From the NCBI GenBank assembly GCA_045578985.1, contig JAZNLH010000040.1:990-64989 (forward strand): a stretch of DNA of 64,000 nucleotides, given 5' to 3'. The translations under genes and the position numbers were made by a program. Position 1 is the stretch's first letter, and the number at the start of each line of letters is the position of its first letter. Below, piece after piece: positions 36,482 to 46,797 of the stretch. The notes beneath the pieces were generated by a model. That model was not told where the DNA came from and searched no databases. It saw only the letters and a list, made by a program, of their open reading frames with translations. The stretch comes from Acutalibacteraceae bacterium (lineage in GTDB: Bacteria > Bacillota > Clostridia > Oscillospirales > Acutalibacteraceae).

Positions 36482-37957
36482 ATGGAAATCAAAGCATATT
36501 CATTTGAACAAAACAGCCATACATTGGCAGAAGTTAAACGCACCGTTGCGGAAACTGTTAAAGAAAACGTAATTTATTTTGAAAGTTACGCCGACCCGAA
36601 AGAACTTTTTACTGACCTGAGCGAATGTATTGACGACACAGATATTATACTTATAGGTGTAGAAAGCAAGGTTTACCTTAAATTCAAACCTATACTTATA
36701 AAAGCATTCAACTTCACTCCCGCTTACAGTGAAGATATAGGTACCGCTATCGGCGACACAATCACTGATGAAAAACTCAAAAAAGCTCATACACTTGTTC
36801 CCAACGAAAGTAAGGAGCTCATTTCAAAAGATGGTCTTTACAGCGGTTTTTACATTAAAGATGGTGAGCAATACATAGTGGTATTCCCGCTGATTGATAC
36901 GGTTGTTCCTTATATTCTTAATAATTCCGGTCTTTCATTTTTCTCAAAAGCCGAAGATAAAGCAGCCGTTTTCGAAGAAATCTCAAGTCATTCTAAAGCA
37001 TCTGCAAAAGCTCAGCTTCTTATAGAAAAACTTGAGAAAAACAATATAAAAATTGCTATCCCTTCAACACCCGCTGCAAGAATGCTTAAAGAAGATATCA
37101 GAGCTTGTGAAGGTTACAAAGATTATGTTTTCTTCACACCTTTCGTTAACGATACAGGCATTGAGGATCCTAAACAGTATGCTGCACAACTTGCAAAGAG
37201 TGCTCTGGAATTAAGAAACACTCAGTTAGGCGCAACACTCTCAAATATTTTCCGTGAAAAAAAAGGTGATGAAGTAATAAATTACTACTCATTCATCAGC
37301 GTTGCAACTGAAGATAAAGTTGTAGTAAAAAAATTGTTTGCAGATGCCGGCGAAAGCATCGATAACCTTATTGTTGAAGCAACAAACGAATTGTATTCAA
37401 TGATAGACAAATACGTAGACGAAACAATTTTCAAAATGACAGCTTCTGAAGATGAAATTGCAAAATACGAACAATCCCTTATTGAAGCTGAACTTGTTTC
37501 TGATATAAAACCTGAGGAAAAGAAAAACAAAACGGGTAAAATTGTCGCAGCAATAATTCTTATTGTCGCTATTGCTCTCTGTGTTGTTTTAGGACTCCAT
37601 TTCGGTGATTACTTTGTAACATCATCAGATGCGCCCATAAATGAAAACTTCCAGAACAACGGCAATCCTGTTGTGGATATACCTACAAACACACAACCGG
37701 CAATAAACCTTAATAACACCGTGGCACAACTTACAGAAATCCCATCAGAAACATCCATTTTTGATGTAACTACAACACTTCCCCAGATTGTACCTAATAC
37801 AAATTATGAAATAATTTATACACCTACAAAAAAACCGGACTCAGGTACAACAACAGAAAAAACCACAACAGAATCCTCTACCCCTTCCACAACGAAAGAA
37901 CCGGTAACGGAAAAACCGACCGAACCGGAAACTACAGAAGAAAGTATTGATTTTTAA
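36482..37957 (+). CDS. Hypothetical membrane protein with a Thr/Pro-rich extracellular tail
   Basis: The start was moved to the ATG at 36482, which has a GAGGTG SD. One TM helix (IVAAIILIVAIALCVVLGL). C-terminal TTTEKTTTESSTPSTTKEPVTEKPTEPETT. Confidence 0.55.
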   Translation: MEIKAYSFEQNSHTLAEVKRTVAETVKENVIYFESYADPKELFTDLSECIDDTDIILIGVESKVYLKFKPILIKAFNFTPAYSEDIGTAIGDTITDEKLKKAHTLVPNESKELISKDGLYSGFYIKDGEQYIVVFPLIDTVVPYILNNSGLSFFSKAEDKAAVFEEISSHSKASAKAQLLIEKLEKNNIKIAIPSTPAARMLKEDIRACEGYKDYVFFTPFVNDTGIEDPKQYAAQLAKSALELRNTQLGATLSNIFREKKGDEVINYYSFISVATEDKVVVKKLFADAGESIDNLIVEATNELYSMIDKYVDETIFKMTASEDEIAKYEQSLIEAELVSDIKPEEKKNKTGKIVAAIILIVAIALCVVLGLHFGDYFVTSSDAPINENFQNNGNPVVDIPTNTQPAINLNNTVAQLTEIPSETSIFDVTTTLPQIVPNTNYEIIYTPTKKPDSGTTTEKTTTESSTPSTTKEPVTEKPTEPETTEESIDF

Positions 37958-37984
37958 ATAAATGGATATAAGGAGATAATTAAT

Positions 37985-39001
37985 ATGGCAGTACTTGTTA
38001 CAGGCGGAGCCGGCTACATAGGTTCTCACACATCAATCGAACTCCTTGAAAGCGGAAAAGACATTGTTATAATCGACAATTTTTATAACAGTTGTCCCAA
38101 AGTTCTCGACAGAATCAAAACGCTTTCAGGATGTGAATTCAATTTTGAAGAGTGCGATATAAGAGACAGAGAAGCACTTGACAAAGTTTTTGAAAAATAC
38201 GATATAGATTCTGTAATTCATTTTGCAGGTCTCAAGGCTGTAGGCGAATCTTGCGAAAAGCCTTTGCTTTATTATGAAAACAACATCAGCGGTACCGTTA
38301 CCCTTTGCGAAGCAATGGCTGATCACGGATGCAAGAAAATTGTTTTCAGCTCCTCTGCTACCGTTTATGGTGAGCACAATGTTTCTCCCCTCAAAGAAAC
38401 AATGGTTGCAGGCGGAACAACAAACCCCTACGGCACAACAAAATTCTTTATTGAACAGATTCTTCAAGACCTGGCAAAATCCGACCCCGAATGGAGCGTT
38501 TGTATCTTAAGATACTTTAATCCCATCGGTGCTCATATCAGTGGTATGATCGGTGAAAGCCCAAATGGTATCCCCAACAACCTTATGCCTTACATCACTC
38601 AGGTTGCAGAAGGCAAACGCGAATATCTTAATGTTTACGGCAACGATTATGATACAGTTGACGGAACAGGTGTAAGAGATTACATTCACGTTGTTGACCT
38701 TGCAAAAGGCCATCTTAAAGCACTTGATAAAATAGTTGATGAAACCGGCGTTTTTGTATACAACCTTGGCACAGGCAGAGGCTACAGTGTTCTTGAAGTT
38801 GTAGCAGCATTTGAAAAGGCTTCCGGTGTTAAAGTTCCTTACAAAATTGCAGAGCGCCGTCCCGGCGACCTTGCAACTTGTTATTCAGACCCAACCAAGG
38901 CAAAAGAAGAACTTAATTGGGTCGCTGAAAAAGGCATAGATGAAATGTGTGCCGATTCTTACAGATGGCAACATAATAATCCCAACGGTTACGAGGACTG
39001 A
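37985..39001 (+). CDS. galE: UDP-glucose 4-epimerase
   Basis: VTGGAGYIGSH, catalytic YGTTK and C-terminal WQHNNPNGY. Confidence 0.92.
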   Translation: MAVLVTGGAGYIGSHTSIELLESGKDIVIIDNFYNSCPKVLDRIKTLSGCEFNFEECDIRDREALDKVFEKYDIDSVIHFAGLKAVGESCEKPLLYYENNISGTVTLCEAMADHGCKKIVFSSSATVYGEHNVSPLKETMVAGGTTNPYGTTKFFIEQILQDLAKSDPEWSVCILRYFNPIGAHISGMIGESPNGIPNNLMPYITQVAEGKREYLNVYGNDYDTVDGTGVRDYIHVVDLAKGHLKALDKIVDETGVFVYNLGTGRGYSVLEVVAAFEKASGVKVPYKIAERRPGDLATCYSDPTKAKEELNWVAEKGIDEMCADSYRWQHNNPNGYED

Positions 39002-39005
39002 TTTT

Positions 39006-40859
39006 TTGCAATTCATACCATTCAATTCACGAGATACAAGGCACAAATCAATATTTGGCAGTACAGCCGCAGGGGATAACCTGCGGCTTGCTGTTCTTAT
39101 GCCCAGAAATTTTTCTTGTCAAAAAGTCACACTTGTTTTCCATAAAGATGGTGAAAACAATCAATATCGTGATTTGTATTGGTGCGGAATGAATGGTGAA
39201 AACGAGGAATGGTGGGATATTAATATATCCTTTGAAACAAGCGGTCTTTATTTTTATCACTTCACCTATGAAACCCCATTTGGCAGAGGAAACATTTACT
39301 TGCGTTCAAGCGGTTGCGGAGAATTTGCCCCAAGCGGAAACGAATGGCAACAAACAGTTTTCAAAAAAAGCTATAAAACACCCGATTGGGCAAAAGGCGG
39401 AATAATGTACCAGATATTCCCCGACCGATTCAATATCGGAAGTGCTCCTTCAAAAAGCTATCCTTCAGATAGATTACTTCATGAATCTACTGAGGAGATA
39501 CCTGTTTGGCAACCTGACTCCAACGGTAAAATCCTTAACAACGATTACTTCGGCGGAACTCTTAAAGGCATAGAAGAAAAACTGCCGTATATTGCATCTT
39601 TAGGTGTTAATATTCTTTATCTTAATCCAATTTTTGAGGCCCATTCCAACCACCGCTACAATACTGCGGATTATATGAAAATCGACCCTATGCTAGGTAC
39701 AGAGGACGATTTCAGATCACTTTGTAAAGTTGCAGACGAATACTCAATAAAAGTTATTCTGGATGGTGTTTTCAGCCATACAGGATCTGACAGCATTTAC
39801 TTTAACCGGGAAAATCGCTATGACAGCAACGGTGTCTGGAATAATCCGGATAGCCCGTATAAAGATTGGTTTACTTTTAAAAATGACGGCACCTACAAAA
39901 GCTGGTGGGGCATCGACACCCTTCCGGAGACAAACGAAGATACAGATTCTTTTATAAACTTTGTTGCAGGTAAAAACGGAGTAGCTGAGAAATGGCTCAA
40001 AAACGGTGCTTACGGTTTCAGGCTGGATGTTGCCGATGAACTTCCGGATAGATTTCTTGATGAGTTTACAAAATGTGTAAAAAATTTAAATAAAGATTAC
40101 CTGGTTATCGGTGAAGTGTGGGAAGATGCCACTAATAAATTCAGTCACGGCGGAAGACGCCGTTACCTTTTAGGCGACCAACTTGACAGTGTTATGAACT
40201 ACCCGTTTGCCGCTGCTATTCTCACATTTATGCGCTACGGCGTTGCAGAGAATTTTATGGAGAACATAGTGACCATTTGCGAAAACTATCCGAAACAAGC
40301 GCTTAACTGTCTTATGAATCATATCGGTACACATGATACCGCAAGAATTCTGACAAGTCTTATTTACGATTCAATTGAGCATAAACCGCGTCATATCCAA
40401 GCGAACTGCAAACTTACCGATGAAGAATATGCCAAATCAAAACAACTTTTAAAAACCGCTACCGTACTACAATACACTCTCCCCGGTTTTCCGTCTATCT
40501 ACTATGGGGATGAAGCAGGTTTACAAGGCGGCGGCGATCCCTTCAATCGTGGATTCTTCCCTTGGGGAAAAGAAGACTGTGATCTTACGGAATGGTATAA
40601 GAAATTAGGCAAAATCAGGCGCAATTCGAAAAGTCTTAAAGACGGCGATTTTATTCCCTATTCTGCTATGCTTTCCTGTGTAGCGTATACGCGTCAAAGT
40701 GAAAACGAAACGCTTTTCATTATAGCAAACCGCAATCCTCACGAAATTGACTATTACCTCCCCGATGATTTCAAATACAAAACAGAACTGCTTTTTGATA
40801 AATCAGTCTCAGATTTTGTTAAAGTTCCTGCATACGGAGCGGTAATTATTTTAAAATAA
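39006..40859 (+). CDS. GH13 alpha-amylase-family enzyme (neopullulanase/cyclomaltodextrinase-like, cytoplasmic)
   Basis: The start was set at the TTG at 39006 (GAGGA SD 8 nt upstream), because the track start at 38940 overlaps galE. GH13 regions are DGVFSHTG (I), GFRLDVADE (II), EVWED (III) and NHIGTHD (IV). Confidence 0.85.
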   Translation: MQFIPFNSRDTRHKSIFGSTAAGDNLRLAVLMPRNFSCQKVTLVFHKDGENNQYRDLYWCGMNGENEEWWDINISFETSGLYFYHFTYETPFGRGNIYLRSSGCGEFAPSGNEWQQTVFKKSYKTPDWAKGGIMYQIFPDRFNIGSAPSKSYPSDRLLHESTEEIPVWQPDSNGKILNNDYFGGTLKGIEEKLPYIASLGVNILYLNPIFEAHSNHRYNTADYMKIDPMLGTEDDFRSLCKVADEYSIKVILDGVFSHTGSDSIYFNRENRYDSNGVWNNPDSPYKDWFTFKNDGTYKSWWGIDTLPETNEDTDSFINFVAGKNGVAEKWLKNGAYGFRLDVADELPDRFLDEFTKCVKNLNKDYLVIGEVWEDATNKFSHGGRRRYLLGDQLDSVMNYPFAAAILTFMRYGVAENFMENIVTICENYPKQALNCLMNHIGTHDTARILTSLIYDSIEHKPRHIQANCKLTDEEYAKSKQLLKTATVLQYTLPGFPSIYYGDEAGLQGGGDPFNRGFFPWGKEDCDLTEWYKKLGKIRRNSKSLKDGDFIPYSAMLSCVAYTRQSENETLFIIANRNPHEIDYYLPDDFKYKTELLFDKSVSDFVKVPAYGAVIILK

Positions 40860-40863
40860 ATAT

Positions 40864-40900
40864 ACACCCATCAAACTTACAAAAAAAGTCTGATGGGTGT
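40864..40900. terminator. Hairpin between convergent genes
   Basis: ACACCCATCA / TGATGGGTGT with a 17-nt A-rich loop, followed by TATGTTTTT. Confidence 0.5.
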
Positions 40901-40907
40901 TATGTTT

Positions 40908-43208
40908 TTAGTATCCTCCGCTTATATAGGTCTCTCCGTCTTTCATTTCTATACCCTTGACCGCCATCATTTCCGATACCGTAACAAGTTGGTATCCGTT
41001 TTCTACAAGCCACGGAATCAGAATATCGCTGGCATCTGCAGTAGATTCATATAAATCGTGCATTAGTACAATAGAACCATCTCTCACCTGACTTTGCACT
41101 TTTTCGGTAACAGATTTTGCGTTGCGGTATTTCCAATCCAATGTATCGATAGACCAAAAAATGAGAGGCATATCTACATTTTCTTTTGTCAGATCATTCA
41201 CGGCACCACCGGGCGCTCTGGCAATAACCGGTGCTATTCCGGTTAAATTTTCTATTGAAGAGTTTGTTTGAATAATCTCCTGTTTAATTTCTTCTGCCGT
41301 TGATTTTGCAAGGTTTTTATGATGATACGAATGATTTCCTATTTCGCAATCCTGCCGTACTGCACGTTTTATACAATCGCTATATGTATTTACTCTTTCA
41401 CCAACAACAAAGAATGTGGCACGTCCGTTATAATGGGCGAGTTTATCAAGTATTCTGTTTGTTATATCGTTACTCGGTCCGTCATCGTAAGTAAGCGCAA
41501 CCATAGGTTTATTAGGATCTATACCGTACGCAGATGAAACAAATGAATCAACCACATCGCCATCCGGAAAGAGAACACGAACCACATAATAATTCTTTTC
41601 TCCGTAAACCGGGCTACCGTCTATACATTGTGTGGTAGAAGAATCCAGCGTGCCAATTTTAACCCAATCAGCGTTATTATCGGTTTTTCTGAAAAGTTCA
41701 TAACCGTTGCAATCAGCAATTTGACTCCAATGAAGCATTATTCCCTGCGGACAAAGAGAGGCTTTAATACCTAACGACGGAATATGGCGTATCGTTACTC
41801 CGTTAATATCGAAACTGCCTGAAACACCATTTTTCACACATCTTACGGTATACACATAGGAATTATCTTTCTGAACATTGTGGTCGGTAATATAATTCGT
41901 ATCACTGGAATAAACCCTTTTGATTTCTTTCCATTCACTTTCGCCATGATTTTTTCTGTAAACTATATAACCTGTTGCAGAATTTGATTTTTCCCACTGT
42001 AACTGCACGCCATCGAACAAATTTATTGTAGCAAGGTTAAGTGGTTTTTTTACAACATCGCAATATATGTTTTTAGTCGCATCCGAAAGCATATCAGCTT
42101 TTAATCCGACTGCTCTAATCGTATACGAGTATCTTTTGCCATCCTCAACATTCATATCCGAATATGTAAAAGAGGACGTCTGTCCGATTAATTCCACGTC
42201 GGCATTTTCACTTCTGTATATATTATAACTCTGTGCACCCTGTACTTCATTCCACGAAAGCAAAATACCGTCATTATAATTTTCTGCCGAAAATTTTCCG
42301 GGCACATTCAAAAACTGTATGCTAACACCGGTTTTATTGTATCCGCTGTATATTTTTTTGATTATCGATCTTATTGTATATGTATAAACATTTCCGCTTT
42401 TTACATCCTTATCAGTAAATGTATCTATGTTTGCGGAAACTACTTTTAGTTTTACCCAGTGGTTTTCATTGTTGACTTTTCTGTAAATAACAAAATTATC
42501 AGCATACTTAGGTTTCTGCCACTTAACAGTAACTGCATCGTCAATATTTTTTACACTGATTATTTCGGGGGTTCCTACAAAAGGTTGCGAGGTTTTATAT
42601 TCGTGAGAACTTCTGTAATCACCATTATAAGCCGTAACGGTATATGTATACGCCACCGTTTCTTTTACATTTTCATCTTCATAATGACAATTGCTATCGC
42701 CTTTTACATCTGAAACGAGCTCTATACCGGCAGCATTTTTTCTGTAAATATAGTAACCCTCTGCACCTTGGGATTTCTGCCAATCCAGTTCAATACAACA
42801 ATCACCGAAAGCAATTTTTTCAATAGTTGGCTGTAACAGTCTGACTATAAATTTTCTTTCACTTAACCGGCTAAAAAACTTTCCGTCGTATGCCCTCACG
42901 GAGTACTCATATTTTTTGCCACTTTCGGCAGTTTTATCGATGTAAAAAAGCTTGTCCGCACCTTCAATTCTGGCTATTTCCACAGGATGCCTTTGGTTAT
43001 TCAACCTTCTGTACACCTTGTAACCCTGTGCTTGTTGTGATTCTTCCCAAGTTATATTTACACCGTCAAATGTATTGATGACTGCTACATTCTCAGGCAT
43101 TTCGGGTCCTATACCAAATCCGCCTGCATATGTAAACGTTGTCAGACAAACCATAATCAGGCTCACAATAGCAAGTGTCAGTATTGTTGTCCTGACGGAT
43201 CTTTTCAT
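40908..43208 (-). CDS. Secreted polysaccharide deacetylase (NodB domain) preceded by six FN3-like ~90-aa repeats
   Basis: Signal/anchor ...TFTYAGG. The repeats are of the same type as in 22980-24596 (GYKVYRR, GYYIYRK, NFVIYRK, SYNIYRS, GYIVYRK, GYELFRK). NodB motifs are LTYDDGP and GNHSYHH. Confidence 0.8.
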   Translation of the reverse strand: MKRSVRTTILTLAIVSLIMVCLTTFTYAGGFGIGPEMPENVAVINTFDGVNITWEESQQAQGYKVYRRLNNQRHPVEIARIEGADKLFYIDKTAESGKKYEYSVRAYDGKFFSRLSERKFIVRLLQPTIEKIAFGDCCIELDWQKSQGAEGYYIYRKNAAGIELVSDVKGDSNCHYEDENVKETVAYTYTVTAYNGDYRSSHEYKTSQPFVGTPEIISVKNIDDAVTVKWQKPKYADNFVIYRKVNNENHWVKLKVVSANIDTFTDKDVKSGNVYTYTIRSIIKKIYSGYNKTGVSIQFLNVPGKFSAENYNDGILLSWNEVQGAQSYNIYRSENADVELIGQTSSFTYSDMNVEDGKRYSYTIRAVGLKADMLSDATKNIYCDVVKKPLNLATINLFDGVQLQWEKSNSATGYIVYRKNHGESEWKEIKRVYSSDTNYITDHNVQKDNSYVYTVRCVKNGVSGSFDINGVTIRHIPSLGIKASLCPQGIMLHWSQIADCNGYELFRKTDNNADWVKIGTLDSSTTQCIDGSPVYGEKNYYVVRVLFPDGDVVDSFVSSAYGIDPNKPMVALTYDDGPSNDITNRILDKLAHYNGRATFFVVGERVNTYSDCIKRAVRQDCEIGNHSYHHKNLAKSTAEEIKQEIIQTNSSIENLTGIAPVIARAPGGAVNDLTKENVDMPLIFWSIDTLDWKYRNAKSVTEKVQSQVRDGSIVLMHDLYESTADASDILIPWLVENGYQLVTVSEMMAVKGIEMKDGETYISGGY

Positions 43209-43421
43209 TTAAACACCACACATAACTGTATATAAAATTAAATCTGTTATCTTTTCTTTCATTATATTATAAATCATATTAGTTAAAATCACAACAACAT
43301 GACTTAAATTTTTTGTTAATTCGATTTTTTTCGATAAATTTATGTTTTATTTCCCTGCTAATCTTTACTTTACAGCCCGAATAGAATAAAATATTGTCAT
43401 ATACTCTTATGAGGTGCATAT

Positions 43422-44489
43422 ATGAAAAAAAACACATACAACGTTTGGCTTGTGATAATAATATGTTTTGCCGTTGTAGTTCTTGTAACAGGAACTATAC
43501 TTACAGTATTCACTAAAACACCGGAACACGAAAAAGAACAGCCCGTTAACGTTACTACTGCCGTGGCATTTTCTTCTGTTATCAATACTTCAGAGCCGGA
43601 AACTTACGATTCTTTAACAACATCTATGTTGAAGCTAAGGAATCTGTATCCCGATTCATTGAAACTATTCACCGCAGGTTATTCAGAAAGTGGCAAAGAA
43701 ATTTTAATGTTCACCATGGGTAACGGAGAAAAAAATGCGCTTATTGTAGGCGGAATACACGCACGCGAACATATAACAACAAAATATCTTTTACGTTGTG
43801 TTGAAGATTATTGTTTCGAATACGAAAAAGGCTCAGGCGTTTTTGGCGGATACAACTTGAAAGAGCTTCTTGATGAATATACACTTTATATTATACCTTG
43901 CGTAAATCCTGACGGTCTTGAGATAATTTCCGGACGGATGAAAGCAGAGAAAAACGTAAGAATAAATGATATATCCGAATACAAAGCCAATTTCAATGGT
44001 GTTGATCTTAACAGAAATTTCCCACTTGCCTGGGAGCAGATTAAAAATGGTGTGAATTCACCGTATTCTTACTATTTTAAGGGCTACAACAGCGCAAGCG
44101 AAAGCGAAACAAAAATGCTTATGAATCTTTGCAACGAAAACAGTTTTGATTTTGCACTTTCTATTCATATTAAAGGAAATTGTATTTTCTGGGGCGACAC
44201 CTACAATACAGAAAACAACGGTCTTTATAAAGCTTTCGCCCAGGATATTGCAACTGCTTCAGGTTTTATTATGACAGAAGAATCTTCGAAAGTTAACAGC
44301 TACGGCGGCGGCTTTGAAAACTGGTTCCGTCATACATACAACAAGCCGGGGTTGTGCATTGAGTTGAGTAATCACACCAATATAGTTGTTCCTCGCGATA
44401 ATACCAATTACAAAAACTTTGATAGTTTTGTTAATTATGAGCAATCTAAATATGCAATAGCCGCAGCCTTGGCTTCAAACAACAAATAA
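43422..44489 (+). CDS. M14-family zinc carboxypeptidase (gamma-D-glutamyl-meso-DAP peptidase-like)
   Basis: TM/signal anchor. The zinc motif is GGIHAREHIT (HxxE). NRNF is also present. Confidence 0.75.
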   Translation: MKKNTYNVWLVIIICFAVVVLVTGTILTVFTKTPEHEKEQPVNVTTAVAFSSVINTSEPETYDSLTTSMLKLRNLYPDSLKLFTAGYSESGKEILMFTMGNGEKNALIVGGIHAREHITTKYLLRCVEDYCFEYEKGSGVFGGYNLKELLDEYTLYIIPCVNPDGLEIISGRMKAEKNVRINDISEYKANFNGVDLNRNFPLAWEQIKNGVNSPYSYYFKGYNSASESETKMLMNLCNENSFDFALSIHIKGNCIFWGDTYNTENNGLYKAFAQDIATASGFIMTEESSKVNSYGGGFENWFRHTYNKPGLCIELSNHTNIVVPRDNTNYKNFDSFVNYEQSKYAIAAALASNNK

Positions 44490-44506
44490 TTCCGGAGAAT
44501 AGTAAT

Positions 44507-45073
44507 ATGAATGTTTTTGACTTTGATAACACAATATATGACGGCGAAAGTGTAATAGATTTCTTTTTATATTATTGTAAAAAAGATAAAACACTACTGA
44601 AATATCTGCCAACAGTTACAAATGCTTTGGTAAAGTATAAAAAAGGCTCCATAACCATAGAAGAAGCCATCTCGAAATACGGTAAAACTGTTACAGATTA
44701 TTATGTAAAACATATCGGTATGGGCGACGATTTCAAAGTGTTCTGGGATAATCATATGCACAAAATAAAGCCTTTTTACAAAACTGTCCAAAGTGATGAT
44801 GACCTTATAATATCCTGTTCGCCTGAAATCAGCTTAAAAATAATTTGTGAAAGATTAGGTATTAAACACTACATCGGCACCGTTATCGACAATAAAACAG
44901 GTGAAATTAAAAGACTTTGTTTCAGAGAAAACAAAGTTAAAGCCTTTTTAAGTGAATATCCTAATACAGAAATCGAAAATTTTTATACAGATTCTCTTAA
45001 CGACCAACCCTTAATAGATATCAGCAAAAATGCATATCTTGTCAAGGGTAAGAAAATCACTAAAATAAAATAG
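44507..45073 (+). CDS. HAD-superfamily (IB-like) hydrolase
   Basis: N-terminal DxDxT motif FDFDNTIYDGES. Confidence 0.65.
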   Translation: MNVFDFDNTIYDGESVIDFFLYYCKKDKTLLKYLPTVTNALVKYKKGSITIEEAISKYGKTVTDYYVKHIGMGDDFKVFWDNHMHKIKPFYKTVQSDDDLIISCSPEISLKIICERLGIKHYIGTVIDNKTGEIKRLCFRENKVKAFLSEYPNTEIENFYTDSLNDQPLIDISKNAYLVKGKKITKIK

Positions 45074-45130
45074 CAAAAACATATAACCCTCCATTACTGC
45101 ATACATTTTGTAGTAACGGAGGTGTTTTTA

Positions 45131-45412
45131 ATGACAGATGATAAAAAGACAGGTCTTTTACCCCATAATTGTATTCTTGAAGACAGAAAAATGCTCTCTG
45201 TTTCAGGTGTAAACGATGTGGGAAGTTTTGACGAACAAACCATTGTCGCCAGTACCGATTACGGAGAATTGACCATACGCGGAGAAAAACTTCACATTAC
45301 AAAGTTATCTTTAGAAATAGGCGAACTTTGCATTGAAGGAAAAATAAGTTCTTTACAATATGCTGATGTAATAGAAAAAAGCGGAAGTTTCTTATCAAGG
45401 GTGTTCCGCTGA
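45131..45412 (+). CDS. yabP: Sporulation protein YabP
   Basis: LEDRKMLSVSGVNDVGSFDEQTIVASTDYGELTIRGEKLHITKL is the YabP signature. The ATG at 45131 follows a GGAGG SD. Confidence 0.85.
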   Translation: MTDDKKTGLLPHNCILEDRKMLSVSGVNDVGSFDEQTIVASTDYGELTIRGEKLHITKLSLEIGELCIEGKISSLQYADVIEKSGSFLSRVFR

Positions 45413-45984
45413 TGTATTCTGTACCACAGAGCGAACAGCTTGCTATTTTCGTAAGCTCTCTGGGATTAGGTTTTCTGCTGGGAATTCTTTATGATATCTT
45501 GAGAGCTTTGCGACTTTCTTTGACAAAAACCAAAGTAGCAATTATTGTTTTTGATATTCTTTATTTTGTTTTGTTCGGACTTTGCACCTTTCTTTTTATA
45601 CTGGCTTTGAATAAGGGCGAGGTGCGTTTTTATATAATCGCAGGCGAACTTATAGGTGCCCTTTTTTATTACATATCTTTCGGTATAGCAGCAATTAAAA
45701 TAACGGATCGTGCGGTAGCTCTTTTGCGACGATTCTATGCTTTCGTTTTCAAAGTTATTTCTGCACCTTTCAGGTTGATTAAAAAGGCTTTTTCCGCACT
45801 TTTAAGTAAAATGACACGTTTTTTTAAAAAAACTGAAAAAAAGTCTGCAAAAATGCAAAAAAAACTCTTGCCAAAACTGCGTTTGTATGTATATAATTTA
45901 TTAGGTATATTATTTGCAAATAAACCCATCAAGAAGAAAGGCGGTCGTGATTTTGGCAAAAGCAAAGAAGAAGAAGCAAATTAA
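45412..45984 (+). CDS. yabQ: Spore cortex biosynthesis protein YabQ
   Basis: Multi-TM protein directly after yabP with ATGA overlap. The yabP-yabQ-divIC-S1 synteny is as in Bacillus. Confidence 0.8.
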   Translation: MYSVPQSEQLAIFVSSLGLGFLLGILYDILRALRLSLTKTKVAIIVFDILYFVLFGLCTFLFILALNKGEVRFYIIAGELIGALFYYISFGIAAIKITDRAVALLRRFYAFVFKVISAPFRLIKKAFSALLSKMTRFFKKTEKKSAKMQKKLLPKLRLYVYNLLGILFANKPIKKKGGRDFGKSKEEEAN

Positions 45985-46261
45985 GCCACACAGCATAATT
46001 GCAATCATCGTATGTTCTTGCATTGTTTTGTTTTTCATTTATTCTTTTATAAAGATTCAAGTTGAAATCAACAACAAAGAAGCCGAACTCACCGAACTTG
46101 TCAGCATTTGTGAAAGCCAGGAAGCTGAAAACGAAGCTCTCGAAAAAGCTGTTTCTGAAGGCGATGAGGAAGCTATTGCTAAAGAATATGCCAGAAAAAA
46201 AGGGTATGTTATGCCTGACGAACGTGTTTACGTTGACATAACTCCCGGAGCAGAAGAATAA
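45947..46261 (+). CDS. divIC: Septum formation initiator (FtsB/DivIC family)
   Basis: Basic N-terminus, TM helix (IIAIIVCSCIVLFFIYSF), then a coiled coil. The start is uncertain: GTG at 45947 with an AAAGG SD, or TTG at 45914. Confidence 0.7.
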   Translation: MILAKAKKKKQIKPHSIIAIIVCSCIVLFFIYSFIKIQVEINNKEAELTELVSICESQEAENEALEKAVSEGDEEAIAKEYARKKGYVMPDERVYVDITPGAEE

Positions 46262-46279
46262 ATTCAACAGAGGTAAACT

Positions 46280-46741
46280 ATGGCAGTGGAAATCGGTGCG
46301 ATTCTTGAAGGTAAAGTAACAGGCATTACAAATTTTGGGGCATTCGTTGAACTCCCCGACAAAACAACAGGTATGGTACATATTTCGGAAGTTTCTTCAT
46401 CTTTTATTAAAGATATTCACGAAAAACTTTCCGAAGGCGATACAGTTAAAGTTAAAGTTATCGACATTAACGAAAAAGGCAAGATAGCTCTTTCTATAAA
46501 AAAGGCACTTCCCCAGGATGAGGAATCAAAACCCAAACGTCCTAATGGCGACAGACCCAGAAGACCACAGCCACAGGTGTGGACAGGTACTCCGCGTACA
46601 GAACCTGAAAATATGTCTTTTGAAGATATGATGGCAAGATTCAAAACTGTAAGCGACGAAAAAATGAGTGATCTTAAAAAGAATTCCGCTGCTAAACGCG
46701 GCACTTCAACTCCTCGTCGTGGCGGTAATCAAAAAGGATAA
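46280..46741 (+). CDS. S1-domain RNA-binding protein (YabR-like)
   Basis: S1 motif GKVTGITNFGAFVEL...GMVHISE and a basic C-terminal tail. Confidence 0.8.
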   Translation: MAVEIGAILEGKVTGITNFGAFVELPDKTTGMVHISEVSSSFIKDIHEKLSEGDTVKVKVIDINEKGKIALSIKKALPQDEESKPKRPNGDRPRRPQPQVWTGTPRTEPENMSFEDMMARFKTVSDEKMSDLKKNSAAKRGTSTPRRGGNQKG

Positions 46742-46747
46742 ACCATT

Positions 46748-46775
46748 AACCGTGCCTTTTACGGCACGGTTTATA
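46748..46775 (+). terminator. Intrinsic terminator
   Basis: AACCGTGCC-TTTTAC-GGCACGGTT followed by a T/A-rich tract. Confidence 0.65.
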
Positions 46776-46797
46776 TTATTTAACAGGATGTGAAACC

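Noticed and set aside
38940-39005. Upstream ATG start (38940) for the GH13 gene
   Set aside because: It would overlap the last 62 nt of galE and add a non-homologous N-terminus. The TTG at 39006 with a GAGGA SD gives the usual MQFIPFNS...-type start.
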